A DNA stretch of 64,000 nucleotides from Scyliorhinus canicula. Lineage: Eukaryota. Below, piece after piece: positions 50,008-60,879 of the stretch. Each line of letters opens with the position of its first letter. Positions within the stretch are counted from its first letter, which is position 1. A program made the position numbers and the translations under genes. A model generated the notes under the pieces. It was not told where the DNA came from and did no database searches. It saw only the letters and a program-made list of their open reading frames with translations. The stretch lies in the NCBI RefSeq assembly GCF_902713615.1, contig NC_052162.1:118168574-118232573 (forward strand), in the 5' to 3' direction.

Positions 50008-53000
50008 TCACTCTCCCGCAAAGAAGTCAATAAATGGTTGCCACCTCCGGGTGAACCCCTGCACAGAACCCCTCAAGGCGAACTTGATTTTTTCCATCCC
50101 CAGGAAACTCGACATGTCCGCAAGCCACCACTCCGTCTTCGGGGGCTTTGAGTCCCTCCACGCCAATAATATTCGTCGCCGGGCTATCAGGGAAGCAAAG
50201 GCCAGCACATCGGCCTCTTTCTCCCCCTGGACGCCCGGGTCTTCCGAAACCCCAAAAATTGCCACCCCTGGGCTCATCACCACCCTTGTTTTTAGCACCT
50301 GGGACATGACCCCCGCAAATCCCTCCCAGTACCCCCTCAGCTCAGGGCATGCCCAAAACATGTGAACATGGTTCGCTGGTCCTCCCGCGCACCTAGCGCA
50401 TTTGTCCTCTATCCCGAAAAATTTGCTCATCCGAGCCACCGTCATATGGGCCCGGTGAACGACCTTAAATTGGATCAGCCCGAGCCTAGCACATGTCGCG
50501 GTCGAGTTTACCCTACTCAGGGCCTCTGCCCACAGCCCATCCTCCATTTCCCCGCCTAGCTCCTCCTCCCATTTAAGTTTCAGTTCCTCTGTCTGGGACC
50601 CTTCCTCCCTCATGAGCACCTTATAAATACCCGAGACTCTACCCTCCCCTTCATCCCTCCCAGAGACTATTCTGTCTAGGATCCCCATTGGCGGGAGGCG
50701 CGGGAAAGATGGGACCTGTCTACGAACAAAGTCCCGCAACTGTAGGTATCTAAAATCATTTCCCCTTACCACCCCAAATTTCTCCTCCAAGCTCCTCAAA
50801 CTCGCGAAGCTCCCTTCCAGGAACATATCACCCACCCTTCCCGCCCCTGCTTGCCGCCATACTCGGAACCCCCCATCCATACTGCCGGGGGCAAACCGAT
50901 GGTTGTCGCAGATTGGCGCCCAGACAGACGCCCCCATCTCCCCCACATGCCTCCTCCACTGGCCCCATATCCGCAGGGTCGCCACCACTACCGGGCTGGT
51001 GGTGTACTTGGCTGGCGGCAGCGGTAGAGGAGCCGTGACCAGGGCTTCCAAACTGGAGCCCCTGCACGAAGCCGCCTCCACCCGCTCCCAAATAGACCCC
51101 GTACCCACCATCCACTTCCTTATCATAGCGATGTTGGCCGCCCAGTAATAATTGACCAGACTCGGCAAAGCCAGCCCTCCCTCGCTGCGGTTCCTCTCCA
51201 ACATCGCCTTCTTTACCCGCGGAGACTTTCCCGCCCAGACAAAGCTCATGATCAGCCCGTTAACTCTTTTGAAGAAGGACTGTGGGATAAAGATCGGGAG
51301 GCACTGAAAAATAAACAAAAATCGAGGGAGGATTGTCATCTTTACAGTCTGCACCCTCCCTGCCAGCGACAGCGGGAGTGCGTCCCATCTCCGAAACTCT
51401 CCCTTCATTTGCTCCACCACCCTGGCCAAATTTAACTTATGCAGCCTGCCCCAGTCTCGTGCCACCTGGATTCCCAAATACCGGAAATTTTCCTCAACCA
51501 GCCTAAACGGTAGCCCTCTCAATCTGTTCTCCTGGCCCCTTGCCTGGACCACAAACATTTCACTCTTGACCGTATTTAATTTGTATCCTGAGAACTGGCC
51601 GAACTCCCTCAGCATTCCCAGTATAGTTCCCATCCCGGCCACTGGGTCCGACACGTACAGGAGCAGGTCGTCTGCATAAAGAGAAACCCTGTGTTCAACC
51701 CCGCCCCTCACCATCCCCTTCCAACCCTCTGCGGCTCTCAGCGCCATCGGCTCTATGGCCAGCGCAAACAGCAGCGGGGAGAGCGGGCAGCCCTGCCTGG
51801 TCCCTCGGTACAACCTAAAGTACTCCGACACTTCTCTGTTAGTCCTGACGCTGGCCCTCGGGGCCTGATATAATAATTTGATCCAATCCACCAATCCCTC
51901 CCCGAACCCAAACCGTCCGAGCACCTCCCATAGATAGTCCCACTCTACCCGGTCAAAGGCCTTCTCGGCGTCCATTGCCACCACTACCTCCACCTCTCTA
52001 CCCGCCGGGGGCATCATTATCACGTTGAGCAATCTCCTCAGATTGGCCGCCAGCTGCCGACCTTTAACGAACCCAGTTTGATCCTCCCCAATCACCTCCG
52101 GTACACAGTCCTCCATTCTCCCCGCCAGTACCTTTGCCAGGAGCTTGGCGTCTACATTAATCAGGGAGATTGGCCTGTAGGACCCGCACACCTCCGGGTC
52201 TTTACCCCGCTTCAATATCAGAGATATGGTGGCTTGTGACATTGTCGGCGGCAGGGTCCCTCTGTCCCTTGCCTCATTGAAAACCCTCGCCAAGACCGGG
52301 CCCACCAGCTCAGAGAACTTCCTATAAAACTCTACTGGGTATCCATCTGGCCCCGGGGACTTCCCCGACTGCATGGCCTTTAGGCCCCCCAATACCTCCT
52401 CTACTCTAATCGGGGCGCCCAGCTCTTCCACTTGCCCCCCCCCAACTGTTGGGAATGTTAACCCGTCCAGAAACCTTTTCATCCCCTCCGGTTCTTCCGG
52501 CGGCTCCGAAGTATACAGCTTACGATAGAAGTCCCGGAATACCCTATTCAATTCTGCCGGATCCTCCACTTTGCGCCCCCCCTCGTCCCTCACTCTACCT
52601 ATTTCCCTGGCCGCCTCCCTCCTCCTGAGTTGCTGCGCTAACAGTCTGCTAGCCTTTTCCCCATACTCGTACACCACTCCCCTCGCCTTCCTAAGCTGTT
52701 CCACGGCCCTGCTCGTGGATAGTGCCCCCAGTTCCGCCTGTAGCCTCCGCCTTTCCCTGAGTAAAACCTCCCCCGGGGACTCCGCGTGCTCTTCATCTAT
52801 CCGGCCCATTTCCCTGACCAATCTATCCATCTCTGCCCGGTCTGCCTTGGCTTTGTGGGCCCCAATTGAAATCAGCTCCCCCCGAACTACTGCCTTTAGC
52901 GCCTCCCACACGGTCGCCGCTGAGACCTCCCCAGTGTCATTCACCTGCAGGTAATTTTTTATACATTTCCGAAGCCTCTCGCAGATCCCCTCCTCCGACA

Positions 53001-53766
53001 GCAGTCCCACATCTAGCCTCCATTGCGGGCGTTGATAACTCGCTCCCCCGAACTGCAGGTCCACCCAATGCGGGGCATGGTCTGAAATGGTAATTGCTGA
53101 GTATTCCGTGTTCTTTACCTCCCCCATACAGTCCCTGCTTATTACAAAGAAATCTATCCTGGAATATACTTTATGGACGTGCGAGTAAAACGAGTAGCCC
53201 CTTCCTGTTGGCTGTCCCTCTCTCCAGGGGTCCACTGCCCCCATTTGCCCCATAAACCCTTTCAGCTCCCTTGCCATTGCTGAGAGTCTACCCGTTCTGG
53301 GACCCGACCGATCCAAAGTCGGGTCAAGGACCATGTTAAAGTCCCCTCCCATTATTAGCTTGCGAGAATCCAAGTCCAGGATCTTCCCCAGCACTCTTTT
53401 AATAAAGTCCACGTCATCCCAGTTCGGGGCATATATATTCACCAGCACCACCCTTCTCCCCTCCAGTCTGCCCCGTACCATCAGGTATCTGCCCCCCCTG
53501 TCTGCAGATATGCCCTCTGCCTCAAATTGCACGCGCTTGTTGATCATGATTGCCACCCCTCTGGACTTCGAGTCCAAGTCCGAGTGGAAGACCTGGCTAA
53601 TCCAGCCCTTCCTTAGCCTGGTCTGGTCTGACACTTTCAGATGTGTCTCCTGCAACATAATTACCTCCGCCCTCAGGGCCCGCAAGTGCGCGAACACCCG
53701 CGCCCTCTTAACCGGCCCATTCAGTCCCTTGACGTTCCAGGTGATCAGCCTGGTCGGGGGGCACAT
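50008..53766 (-). CDS. L1 ORF2: APE endonuclease, reverse transcriptase and CCHC domain (1252 aa)
   Basis: ITWNVKGLN, LQETH, GGDFN, SRIDFF, SDH; QGCPLSP, YADD, YLGI; CARC..HMFWAC. No stops. Confidence 0.95.
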   Translation of the reverse strand: MCPPTRLITWNVKGLNGPVKRARVFAHLRALRAEVIMLQETHLKVSDQTRLRKGWISQVFHSDLDSKSRGVAIMINKRVQFEAEGISADRGGRYLMVRGRLEGRRVVLVNIYAPNWDDVDFIKRVLGKILDLDSRKLIMGGDFNMVLDPTLDRSGPRTGRLSAMARELKGFMGQMGAVDPWREGQPTGRGYSFYSHVHKVYSRIDFFVISRDCMGEVKNTEYSAITISDHAPHWVDLQFGGASYQRPQWRLDVGLLSEEGICERLRKCIKNYLQVNDTGEVSAATVWEALKAVVRGELISIGAHKAKADRAEMDRLVREMGRIDEEHAESPGEVLLRERRRLQAELGALSTSRAVEQLRKARGVVYEYGEKASRLLAQQLRRREAAREIGRVRDEGGRKVEDPAELNRVFRDFYRKLYTSEPPEEPEGMKRFLDGLTFPTVGGGQVEELGAPIRVEEVLGGLKAMQSGKSPGPDGYPVEFYRKFSELVGPVLARVFNEARDRGTLPPTMSQATISLILKRGKDPEVCGSYRPISLINVDAKLLAKVLAGRMEDCVPEVIGEDQTGFVKGRQLAANLRRLLNVIMMPPAGREVEVVVAMDAEKAFDRVEWDYLWEVLGRFGFGEGLVDWIKLLYQAPRASVRTNREVSEYFRLYRGTRQGCPLSPLLFALAIEPMALRAAEGWKGMVRGGVEHRVSLYADDLLLYVSDPVAGMGTILGMLREFGQFSGYKLNTVKSEMFVVQARGQENRLRGLPFRLVEENFRYLGIQVARDWGRLHKLNLARVVEQMKGEFRRWDALPLSLAGRVQTVKMTILPRFLFIFQCLPIFIPQSFFKRVNGLIMSFVWAGKSPRVKKAMLERNRSEGGLALPSLVNYYWAANIAMIRKWMVGTGSIWERVEAASCRGSSLEALVTAPLPLPPAKYTTSPVVVATLRIWGQWRRHVGEMGASVWAPICDNHRFAPGSMDGGFRVWRQAGAGRVGDMFLEGSFASLRSLEEKFGVVRGNDFRYLQLRDFVRRQVPSFPRLPPMGILDRIVSGRDEGEGRVSGIYKVLMREEGSQTEELKLKWEEELGGEMEDGLWAEALSRVNSTATCARLGLIQFKVVHRAHMTVARMSKFFGIEDKCARCAGGPANHVHMFWACPELRGYWEGFAGVMSQVLKTRVVMSPGVAIFGVSEDPGVQGEKEADVLAFASLIARRRILLAWRDSKPPKTEWWLADMSSFLGMEKIKFALRGSVQGFTRRWQPFIDFFAGE

Positions 53767-54328
53767 CCCACCCCCCCACCCCGCCGGTCAGCCATAACCT
53801 TTCTCGGGCCGGCCCCTGACCCGTGCGTCGCGCCATTCCTGGCCCGCCCTTTGGCTGCCTCCACCCTCGACCTCCTTTCCAGTGCCTATTTCAAGTCCCT
53901 CTCCCGTCAGCAGAACAACCCCCCCCTCCCCTAACCCCATCCCCCGATACCCCCACCCCCGCCATCTACTGGCTGTTACTTCCCCCCCCATCTGACTTCC
54001 TTGACTAGCCAATCTGCTAGCCCGGTGACTCAACACTCCGGCGCCTTCCTGTCCCATTCCCCTTGTTCCCCCGTCCTCCTCCCCCCCCCCCCCCACTGGG
54101 GCAAGCCGGTTCCAGTGTCTTCCACGAGCTGCACAAAAAGCCCAAACAGGAAAAAAAAAAAAAAAACATAAAAAGGGAAAAAACCACAGAAAAAAGAGAA
54201 AAAGCACATAAATGTCCATGAACAAAGGAAAGAGTCTCAAATGTTCCGCTTGGCCCCTTTGGCCCAGCAAACCGTTGAGCAGCGGTCCAGGCACATTCGG
54301 CGTTCCTTCCCACAGAAATCCTCGGGCC

Positions 54329-55209
54329 CTAACTCGCGTCCTTGGGGCCTCCTTTCGGGACCAGCCCCAGGTCCCTCACAAAATCCATTGCTTCTTCGGG
54401 CTTGGAGAAGTAGTGGTGTTGACCCTGGTGCGTGACCCATAGCCGGGCTGGGAACAGCAGACCAAACTTCACGTGCTTCTTGAACAGCACCTCCTTGACA
54501 TTCTTAAAGGCTGCTCGCCGCCGAGCCACCTCCTGGCTTAGATCCTGATAAATGCGGAGAACACTGTTGTTCCACGTGCTGCTCCTGGCGCTCTTTGCCC
54601 ACTGCAGCACCCGCTCCTTGTCCACGAACCTGTGGAACCTAATCACCATCGGGCGGGGGGTCCACCCGGCCGCCCCTGCCTTGCCTGCACTCTGTGTGCC
54701 CCCTCCAGCTCCAACGGTCGTGGAAAGGCTTCGGCTCCCATCAGCTGCTTCAGCAGGTCTGCTACAAACGCTGCAGCATCAGCTCCCTCCGCCCCCTCCG
54801 GGAGGCCGACCATCCTCAGATTGTTCCTGCGGATTCTATTCTCCAGCTCCTCCACTCTGTCCAGCAGTCTTCTCTGCCGCTCTTTCAGGCCGTCCACTTC
54901 TACCGCTGCAACCGTTTGCGCATCCGCTTGCTCCTCCACCGCCTCTCCCAGGTCCTTAACTTTAACATCCTGGGCGTCCATCCTCTGGTTCAGCTGATCC
55001 ACCGCTTTCTGGATTGGGTCCAAGCTGTCCCGCTTCAGCGCTTCAAAACTGGACTTCATTACCTGGAGCATGTTATCCAGCGCCAACTGGATTGCTGAGT
55101 CCGGGGTCCGTGTGTCCGCCATCTTAGGTCCCAGGTAATTTTCTTCAGGTCCTTGTCTCTGTCCCTTTTTCTCCTTCTTCTTCTGCCTTCTGGAATCCCG
55201 CTGTTCCAT
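54329..55209 (-). CDS. L1 ORF1 (coiled coil + RRM + CTD) with one frameshift at ~54655
   Basis: ELENRIRRNNLRMVGLPEG, AHR, IRFHRFVDKERVL, IYQDLS and FGLLFPARL, split over two frames at a G6 run. Confidence 0.85.
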
Positions 55210-55778
55210 GTACCGCAGCCCGCTCCTCAGCGCCTTCGCTGCCGCTTTCCTTTGCCCAGCACCTTAAATTTTTACCCCCTCCTGGGCATCTGAAGTGGGT
55301 CCAAGCTGTCCCTCCTCAGCAACTCCAAACTTTTTTTTCCCTTTGTCCTGGAGGAAGGAAGGTCCGTGGGTCCGCCATCTTACCCTTCAGGTCAGCTTCC
55401 TCCTTGCCTCCGTCTCTCTCTCTTTCTTCCTCACCTGCTGGCCTCCCACACTTTCATTTTCTGCAGCCCGCTCTCCTCTTCTGTTCCCGGCAGCCTTTCT
55501 GCCGCCTCCGTGGTCCCGCTATCGCGGGGAAACAGCTGTTCAGTCCCGCCGGAGTGAGAGCCCACCGAATGTGCGGCTCACTCGGACATCGCCGCCACCG
55601 GAAGTCCGTCATTAATATAAATTGTACACAGTTGTGATCCCAGCACTGATCCCTGTGGAACCTCACTGGTTACAGGTCACCAACCTGAAAAAGAACCCTT
55701 ATCCCCACTCACTGTTTCCTGCTCATTAGCCAATTCTCTATCCATGTCAATATACTACCTCCAACTTCATGGGTTCTT

Positions 55779-56123
55779 ATAGAATCATAGAATTTACAGT
55801 GCAGAAAGAGGCCATTCGGCCCATCGAGTCTGCACCGGCTCTTAGAAAGAGCACCCTACCCAAGCCCACACCTCCACCCTATCCCCATTACCCAGTAACC
55901 CCTCCCAACACTAAGGGCAATTTTGGACACCAAGGACAATTTAGCATGGCCAATCCACCTAACCCGCACATCTTTGGTGGAAATCGGAGCACCCGGAGGA
56001 AACCCACGCACACACGGGGAGAACTTGCAAACTCCGCACAGACAGTGACCCAGGCCGGGAATCGAACCTGGGATCCTGGAGCTGTGAAGCAATTGTGCTA
56101 CCCACAATGCTACCGTGCTGCCC
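55779..56123 (-). mobile_element. V-SINE with CR1-type tail
   Basis: Head, core and (TTCTATGA) tail. Confidence 0.85.
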
Positions 56124-57026
56124 TTATCTTGTGACCTGATATGTTATGAGGTACCTTGTTGAACACTGTCTAGAAATCCAAATACAACTCATCTATTGGT
56201 TCTCCTCTATCCACTTTAGTTGCGACATCCTCGAAGAATTCTGCTAAATTAGTCAGACATTATTTCCTTTGTATGAAGCCATGCTGACTCTGCTTGATTT
56301 TATTATGATTTTCCAAAAGTGTTGGTATTGCTTCATTACTAATTGAGTTCAACATTTTTACAATAATAAATGTTATTATGATTGGTCTATAGTTTCCAGC
56401 TTTTTCCCCTCACTTCCTTTTTGACTAGCGGTGCGACATTGGCAGTTTCCCATACCTCCAGTAACTTCACCAGAATCCAAGGATTTTTGGAACATTACAA
56501 TTAACGCGTCCACTTTCTCTGTAGTTATTTCTTTTAGGATCTAGGATGCAAGCAATCAGGTCCAGGGGATTTATCTGCCTTTAGCCCCATTAGTTTGTCC
56601 AAGACTGCTTCTCTAGTGGTGGGATTTAATTCCTGCCTTGTATTCTTTTGTATTAGTGGGATATTCAAATATCTTCCACAGTAAAGACTGATGTAAAATA
56701 TCTCTTTAGATCCTCTGCTAATTCCTTGTTTCCTACAACTAGCTCCCAAGATGTATTTTCTAAGGGGCCTGTGTGGAGTTGAGGTTACAATCAGATGAGC
56801 CGTCAACTTATTGAATGGTGGAGCAGGCTCGAGGGGCCGAGTGGCCTACTCCTGCTCCTAATTTCTATGTTATCAAATGCTTTATAATAGATTGTAGCAT
56901 TTTCCCTCCGACTGATGTCAGGCTAATGGGTCTGTGGTTCCCCATTTTCTCTCTCCCTCCTTAAATAGTGGGGTTACATTTACCACCTTCCAATCTGCAG
57001 GAATCATTCCAGAATCATTAGGCCTC

Positions 57027-57349
57027 ACGGTAGCATGGTGGTTAGCATCAATGCTTCACAGCTCCAGGGTCCCAGGTTCGATTCCCGGCTGGGTCACTGT
57101 CTGTGTGGAGTCTGCACGTCCTCCCCGTGTGTGCGTGGGTATCCTCCGGGTGCTCCGGTTTCCTCCCACAGTCCAAAGATGTGCGGGTTAGGTGGATTGG
57201 CCATGCTAAATTGCCCGTAGTGTAAGGTTAATGGGGGGATTGTTGGGTTACGGGTATACGGGTTACGTGGGTTTAAGTGGGGTGATCATTGCTCGGCACA
57301 ACATCGAGGGCCGAAGGGCCTGTTCTGTGCTGTACTGTTCTATGTTCTA
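57027..57349 (+). mobile_element. V-SINE with CR1-type tail
   Basis: Young subfamily as at 5902. Confidence 0.9.
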
Positions 57350-57446
57350 ATCTATAGAATTTTGAAAGATGATCGCCAATGTATCCACTATCTCTACAAC
57401 CACCTCTTTCAACACTCTGGAATGTAGAGCATCAGCTTTTGGAAAT

Positions 57447-57619
57447 ATAATAATAATAATCGCTTATTGTCACAAGTCGGCTTCAATGAAGTTACTGTGA
57501 GAAGTCCCACGTCGCCACATTCGGGCGGCTGCTCGGGGAGGCTGGTACGGGAATAGAGCCTGCGCTGCTGCTATTGCATTTCAAGCCAGCTGTTTAGCCC
57601 ACTGTGCTAAACAAGCCCC
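57447..57619 (-). mobile_element. Short SINE with (ATT)n tail
   Basis: Same family as 25740-25922. Confidence 0.8.
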
Positions 57620-58612
57620 AGTTTATTAACTTTCAACAACATTAATTTCTCCAGGACTACTTTTTCACTGATACTAATCTCGGTCAGTTTCTAGTGGTCA
57701 CTCGTCCCTTGGTTCCCTCGTGTTTGTGGGACAATTTCTGTATCTTCCTCCGTGAAGACAGACACACATTGTTTAGTTTCTCTGCCATTTCCTTATTCCC
57801 CATTATAAACTCTCCTGTCTCTGCCTGGAATGGACCCACATTGGTCTTTGCTAATCATTTCCTTTCCACATTCCTATAGAAGCTTTTCCAGTCAGTTTTT
57901 ATGTTGCCCATTTGCTCTCATATTCCATTTTCTCTTTATCAGTCTCTTGGTCCTTCTTTGCTGAATTCTAAAAAATGTTCCCAATCCTCAGGCTAATAGT
58001 TTGGCCACTTTATGAGGCTCTTCCTTTGATCTAATGGAATCTTTAGCTTTTCTTGTAGCCACAGTTGCATCATCTTTCCTGTTGGATTATTGTTGCTCAA
58101 AATAATCTTTATTTTATATAAATACATAACAATTCCTAAACAGCTAGTGATTGCCTGTCTATCATCATACCTTTTATTCTAATTTACCAATCCACACAGA
58201 CAACTTGCTCCTCATACCTCAACAGTTTCCTTCTGTCAGAAACACCCAGATATTTTTAAAAACCATGTAACCACCAGAGCCCATCTTCATGGCAACGTGG
58301 CATGCATTGGGGTACTCCAAACAGAAATGGGAAAGAAACGAGTTCTAACTTCCAAACACCCTTTCATGCTTTGATCCTTGTGAAATTTGAAACCAAGTAA
58401 TTGCAACAAAGCTCAAAGAGCATCAGCCTACTGGAGGCAAATTGTGAGACCAGCAGTCCAGCAAAAAGAAACCATCCGACCATCCCCATTGGCCAACTGA
58501 TAGAATCAATGAAATATAATCCTGAATGGATTTGAGAACAGAAACAATAACAGCAGAATCCAACCCCTGTAATCACTTGTGAAATTGTTGGTGTCTCAGC
58601 AGGCGCCATGAA

Positions 58613-59581
58613 TCATAAAATCCTGTCCCACACAGAGCAGGTGAATGGCCTCTCCCCAGTGTGAACTCGCTGATGTCTCAGCAGGTTGGATGACTGTCTG
58701 AATCCCTTCCCACACACAGAGCAGGTGAATGGCTTCTCCCTGGTGTGAACTCGCTGGTGTGACTTCAGTTTGGATAACACAGTGAATCCCTTCGCACACT
58801 GAGAGCAGGTGAATGGCCTCTCCCCAGTGTGAAGTCGCTGATGTTTCTTCCGGTTAAATGAATCACTGAATGCCTTCCCACACTGAAAGCAGGAGAATGG
58901 TCTCTCTCCAGTGTGGACTCTCTGATGTTTCCGTAGGGTGGATGAATCACTGAATCCTTCCCCACACTGAGAGCAGGTGAACGGCCTCTCCCCAGTGTGA
59001 ACTCGCTGGTGACTCTGAAGGTGGGATAACCGAGTGAATCCCTTCCCACACTGAGAGCAGATGAATGGCTTCTTCCGAGGGCAAATTTTCTGGTGTAACT
59101 GCAGGTGGGATAACTGAGTGAATTCCTTCCCACACTGACGGCAGGTTAAATGCCTCTCCCCACTGTTAACTCGCTGGTGTGATTGCAGGTGCGATAACTG
59201 AGAGAATCCCTTCCCACACTGAGAGCAGTTGAATGGCCTCTCGCCAGTGTGAATTCTCTCATGTGTTCGCAGAGTGTATGACTGAATGAATCTCTTCCCA
59301 CACTGAAAGCAGGTGAATGGCTTCTCCCCAGTGTGAACTCGCTGATGTCTCTGCAGGGTTGATGAATGTCTGAATCCCTTCCCACACTGAGAGCAGGTGA
59401 ATGGCTTCTCCCCAGTGTGAACTCGCTGATGTCTCTGCAGGGTGCATGCACGACTGAATCCCTTCCCACACACAGAGCAGGTGAATGGACTCTCCCCAGT
59501 GTGAATGCGTTGATGAATCTCCAACAGAGAAGGGGCTCTGTATCCCTTCCCGCAGTCCCCACATTTCCACGGTTTCTCCAT
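58613..59581 (-). CDS. C2H2 zinc-finger protein (ZNF gene 5): 322 aa, 11 finger units (two atypical) plus a frameshifted 12th
   Basis: MEKPWKC ATG at 59581; acceptor TTTTCCAG| at 59891; donor at 61082. Confidence 0.9.
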   Translation of the reverse strand: MEKPWKCGDCGKGYRAPSLLEIHQRIHTGESPFTCSVCGKGFSRACTLQRHQRVHTGEKPFTCSQCGKGFRHSSTLQRHQRVHTGEKPFTCFQCGKRFIQSYTLRTHERIHTGERPFNCSQCGKGFSQLSHLQSHQRVNSGERHLTCRQCGKEFTQLSHLQLHQKICPRKKPFICSQCGKGFTRLSHLQSHQRVHTGERPFTCSQCGEGFSDSSTLRKHQRVHTGERPFSCFQCGKAFSDSFNRKKHQRLHTGERPFTCSQCAKGFTVLSKLKSHQRVHTREKPFTCSVCGKGFRQSSNLLRHQRVHTGERPFTCSVWDRIL

Positions 59582-59950
59582 GCTTTGGGTCTCCTCGTGT
59601 CTGCCCAGGTCGGACAATCACACTGTTGAAGTCTTATTCACTGTGTAACTGGTTCAAGCTCTTTCCACAGTCAGTGCTCTGGAACACTCTCACTCGGGTG
59701 TGTGTGTGTCTCGGTGCTTTTCCAGTCACACTGATGTTTAAAATTTTTTGAAGCTAACAGATCGGACAAACATTTCTCCTTCTAGATTCAAAGGCCAATA
59801 ATATTCAGGCCCCAACGAATCCAGTGAATCTGACAGATCTCAGACGTGATTTTTGAGATTTCTGTCTGTAATTCCTCCTCTTCTATTATCCTGGAAAAGG
59901 AATCATCACTGTCAGTACAGAATCATAGAAGTTACATAAGAACATAATGA

Positions 59951-60119
59951 AAAAATGAAAATCGTTTATTGTCACGAGTAGGCTTCAATGAAGTTACTGT
60001 GAAAAGTCCCTAGTCGCCACATTCCGGCGCCTGTCCGGGGAGGCTGGTACGGGAATCGAACCGTGCTGCTGGCCTGCTTTAAAAGCCAGCGATTTAGCCC
60101 AGTGAGCTAAACCAGCCCC
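59951..60119 (-). mobile_element. Short SINE in the gene 5 intron
   Basis: Same family as 25740-25922. Confidence 0.85.
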
Positions 60120-60123
60120 TATA

Positions 60124-60389
60124 GAGCGTTCACACCGGGGAGAGGCCATTCATCTGCTCTGTGTGTGATAAGGGATTTGCTCAATTATCCAGCCTGCTGA
60201 ACCACAATGTCACTCACACCAAGAACGGGCCCTTTAAATGCTCTGACTGCAGGAAGGGTTTCAAAAGTTCCCAGTTACTGATGTCCCACCAGCGCATTCA
60301 CTCTGAGGAGAGACCGTTCAGCTGCTCTCACTGCACAAAGAGCTTTAGAACCTCATCCAACCTGATCAAACACGAGCGACGTCACACCT
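60124..60389 (+). pseudogene. Three-finger ZNF fragment, antisense in the gene 5 intron
   Basis: CSVC..HNVTH, CSDC..HQRIH and CSHC..HERRH; close match to the reverse complement of ~3131-3392. Confidence 0.85.
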
Positions 60390-60710
60390 AACAATCCCAC
60401 CCTGGTCATTCTCTCTTCCAATCTCTTCCATTGGGCAAAAGATACAAAAGTCTGAGAACACGAACTTATAGATTCAAAAACAGCTTCTTCCCTACTGTTA
60501 CCAGACACCTGAATGACTCTATGAACTGAACTCTCCATGAATCTTAACCACTATGCAGCACTACACTCCGAATGCTTCACCCAATGTCTATGTATTTAAA
60601 TTGTGTATTTATCTTATGATCTATGTTTTTCATGTATGGAATGAGCTGGCTGCACTGTACGGAGAACAATACTTTTCACGATACCTCGGAACATGTGACA
60701 ATAAATCTAA
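60390..60710 (+). mobile_element. Rex1/Babar LINE 3' end
   Basis: HPGHSLFQSLPLGKRYKSLRTRTYRFKNSFFP..RHLN; ends ..ACATGTGACAATAAA. Confidence 0.75.
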
Positions 60711-60879
60711 TTACAGTACTATGTTACAAAACTAGAAATAATATTAAATGTAATTTAGTACAGAACTACAAACAATATATCTAATCTATATCATGTAAGG
60801 ACATAAGACATATCTCTGTCCTATATTAACTTACTGTTCCCTTAAATGTCGGCCATCTCTTGCGAAAACTAGGCCTTAA

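Larger units (their letters stand above)
49773..55607 (-). mobile_element. Full-length young L1-clade LINE (~5.8 kb)
   Basis: 16-bp TSD GTCATTAATATAAATT (49757-49772 / 55608-55623), poly(A) tail, 5' end GGACTTCCGG, ORF1 and ORF2. Confidence 0.95.
48830..56765 (-). mobile_element. CR1 LINE host element split by the L1 and a SINE
   Basis: GLKADKSPGPDCLHPR (56534-56600) and RGLEYKSREVLLQLYKVLV (49251-49445); sequence is contiguous across the L1 TSD. Confidence 0.75.
56770..58240. repeat. CR1 mosaic, inverted duplicate of ~40880-42370
   Basis: Shared junction GATAACATA(C/G)AAATTAGGA and a colinear reverse-complement match. Confidence 0.8.

Noticed and set aside
53788-54442. ORFs in the L1 inter-ORF spacer
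   Set aside because: Low-complexity T/G-rich sequence without recognisable motifs.
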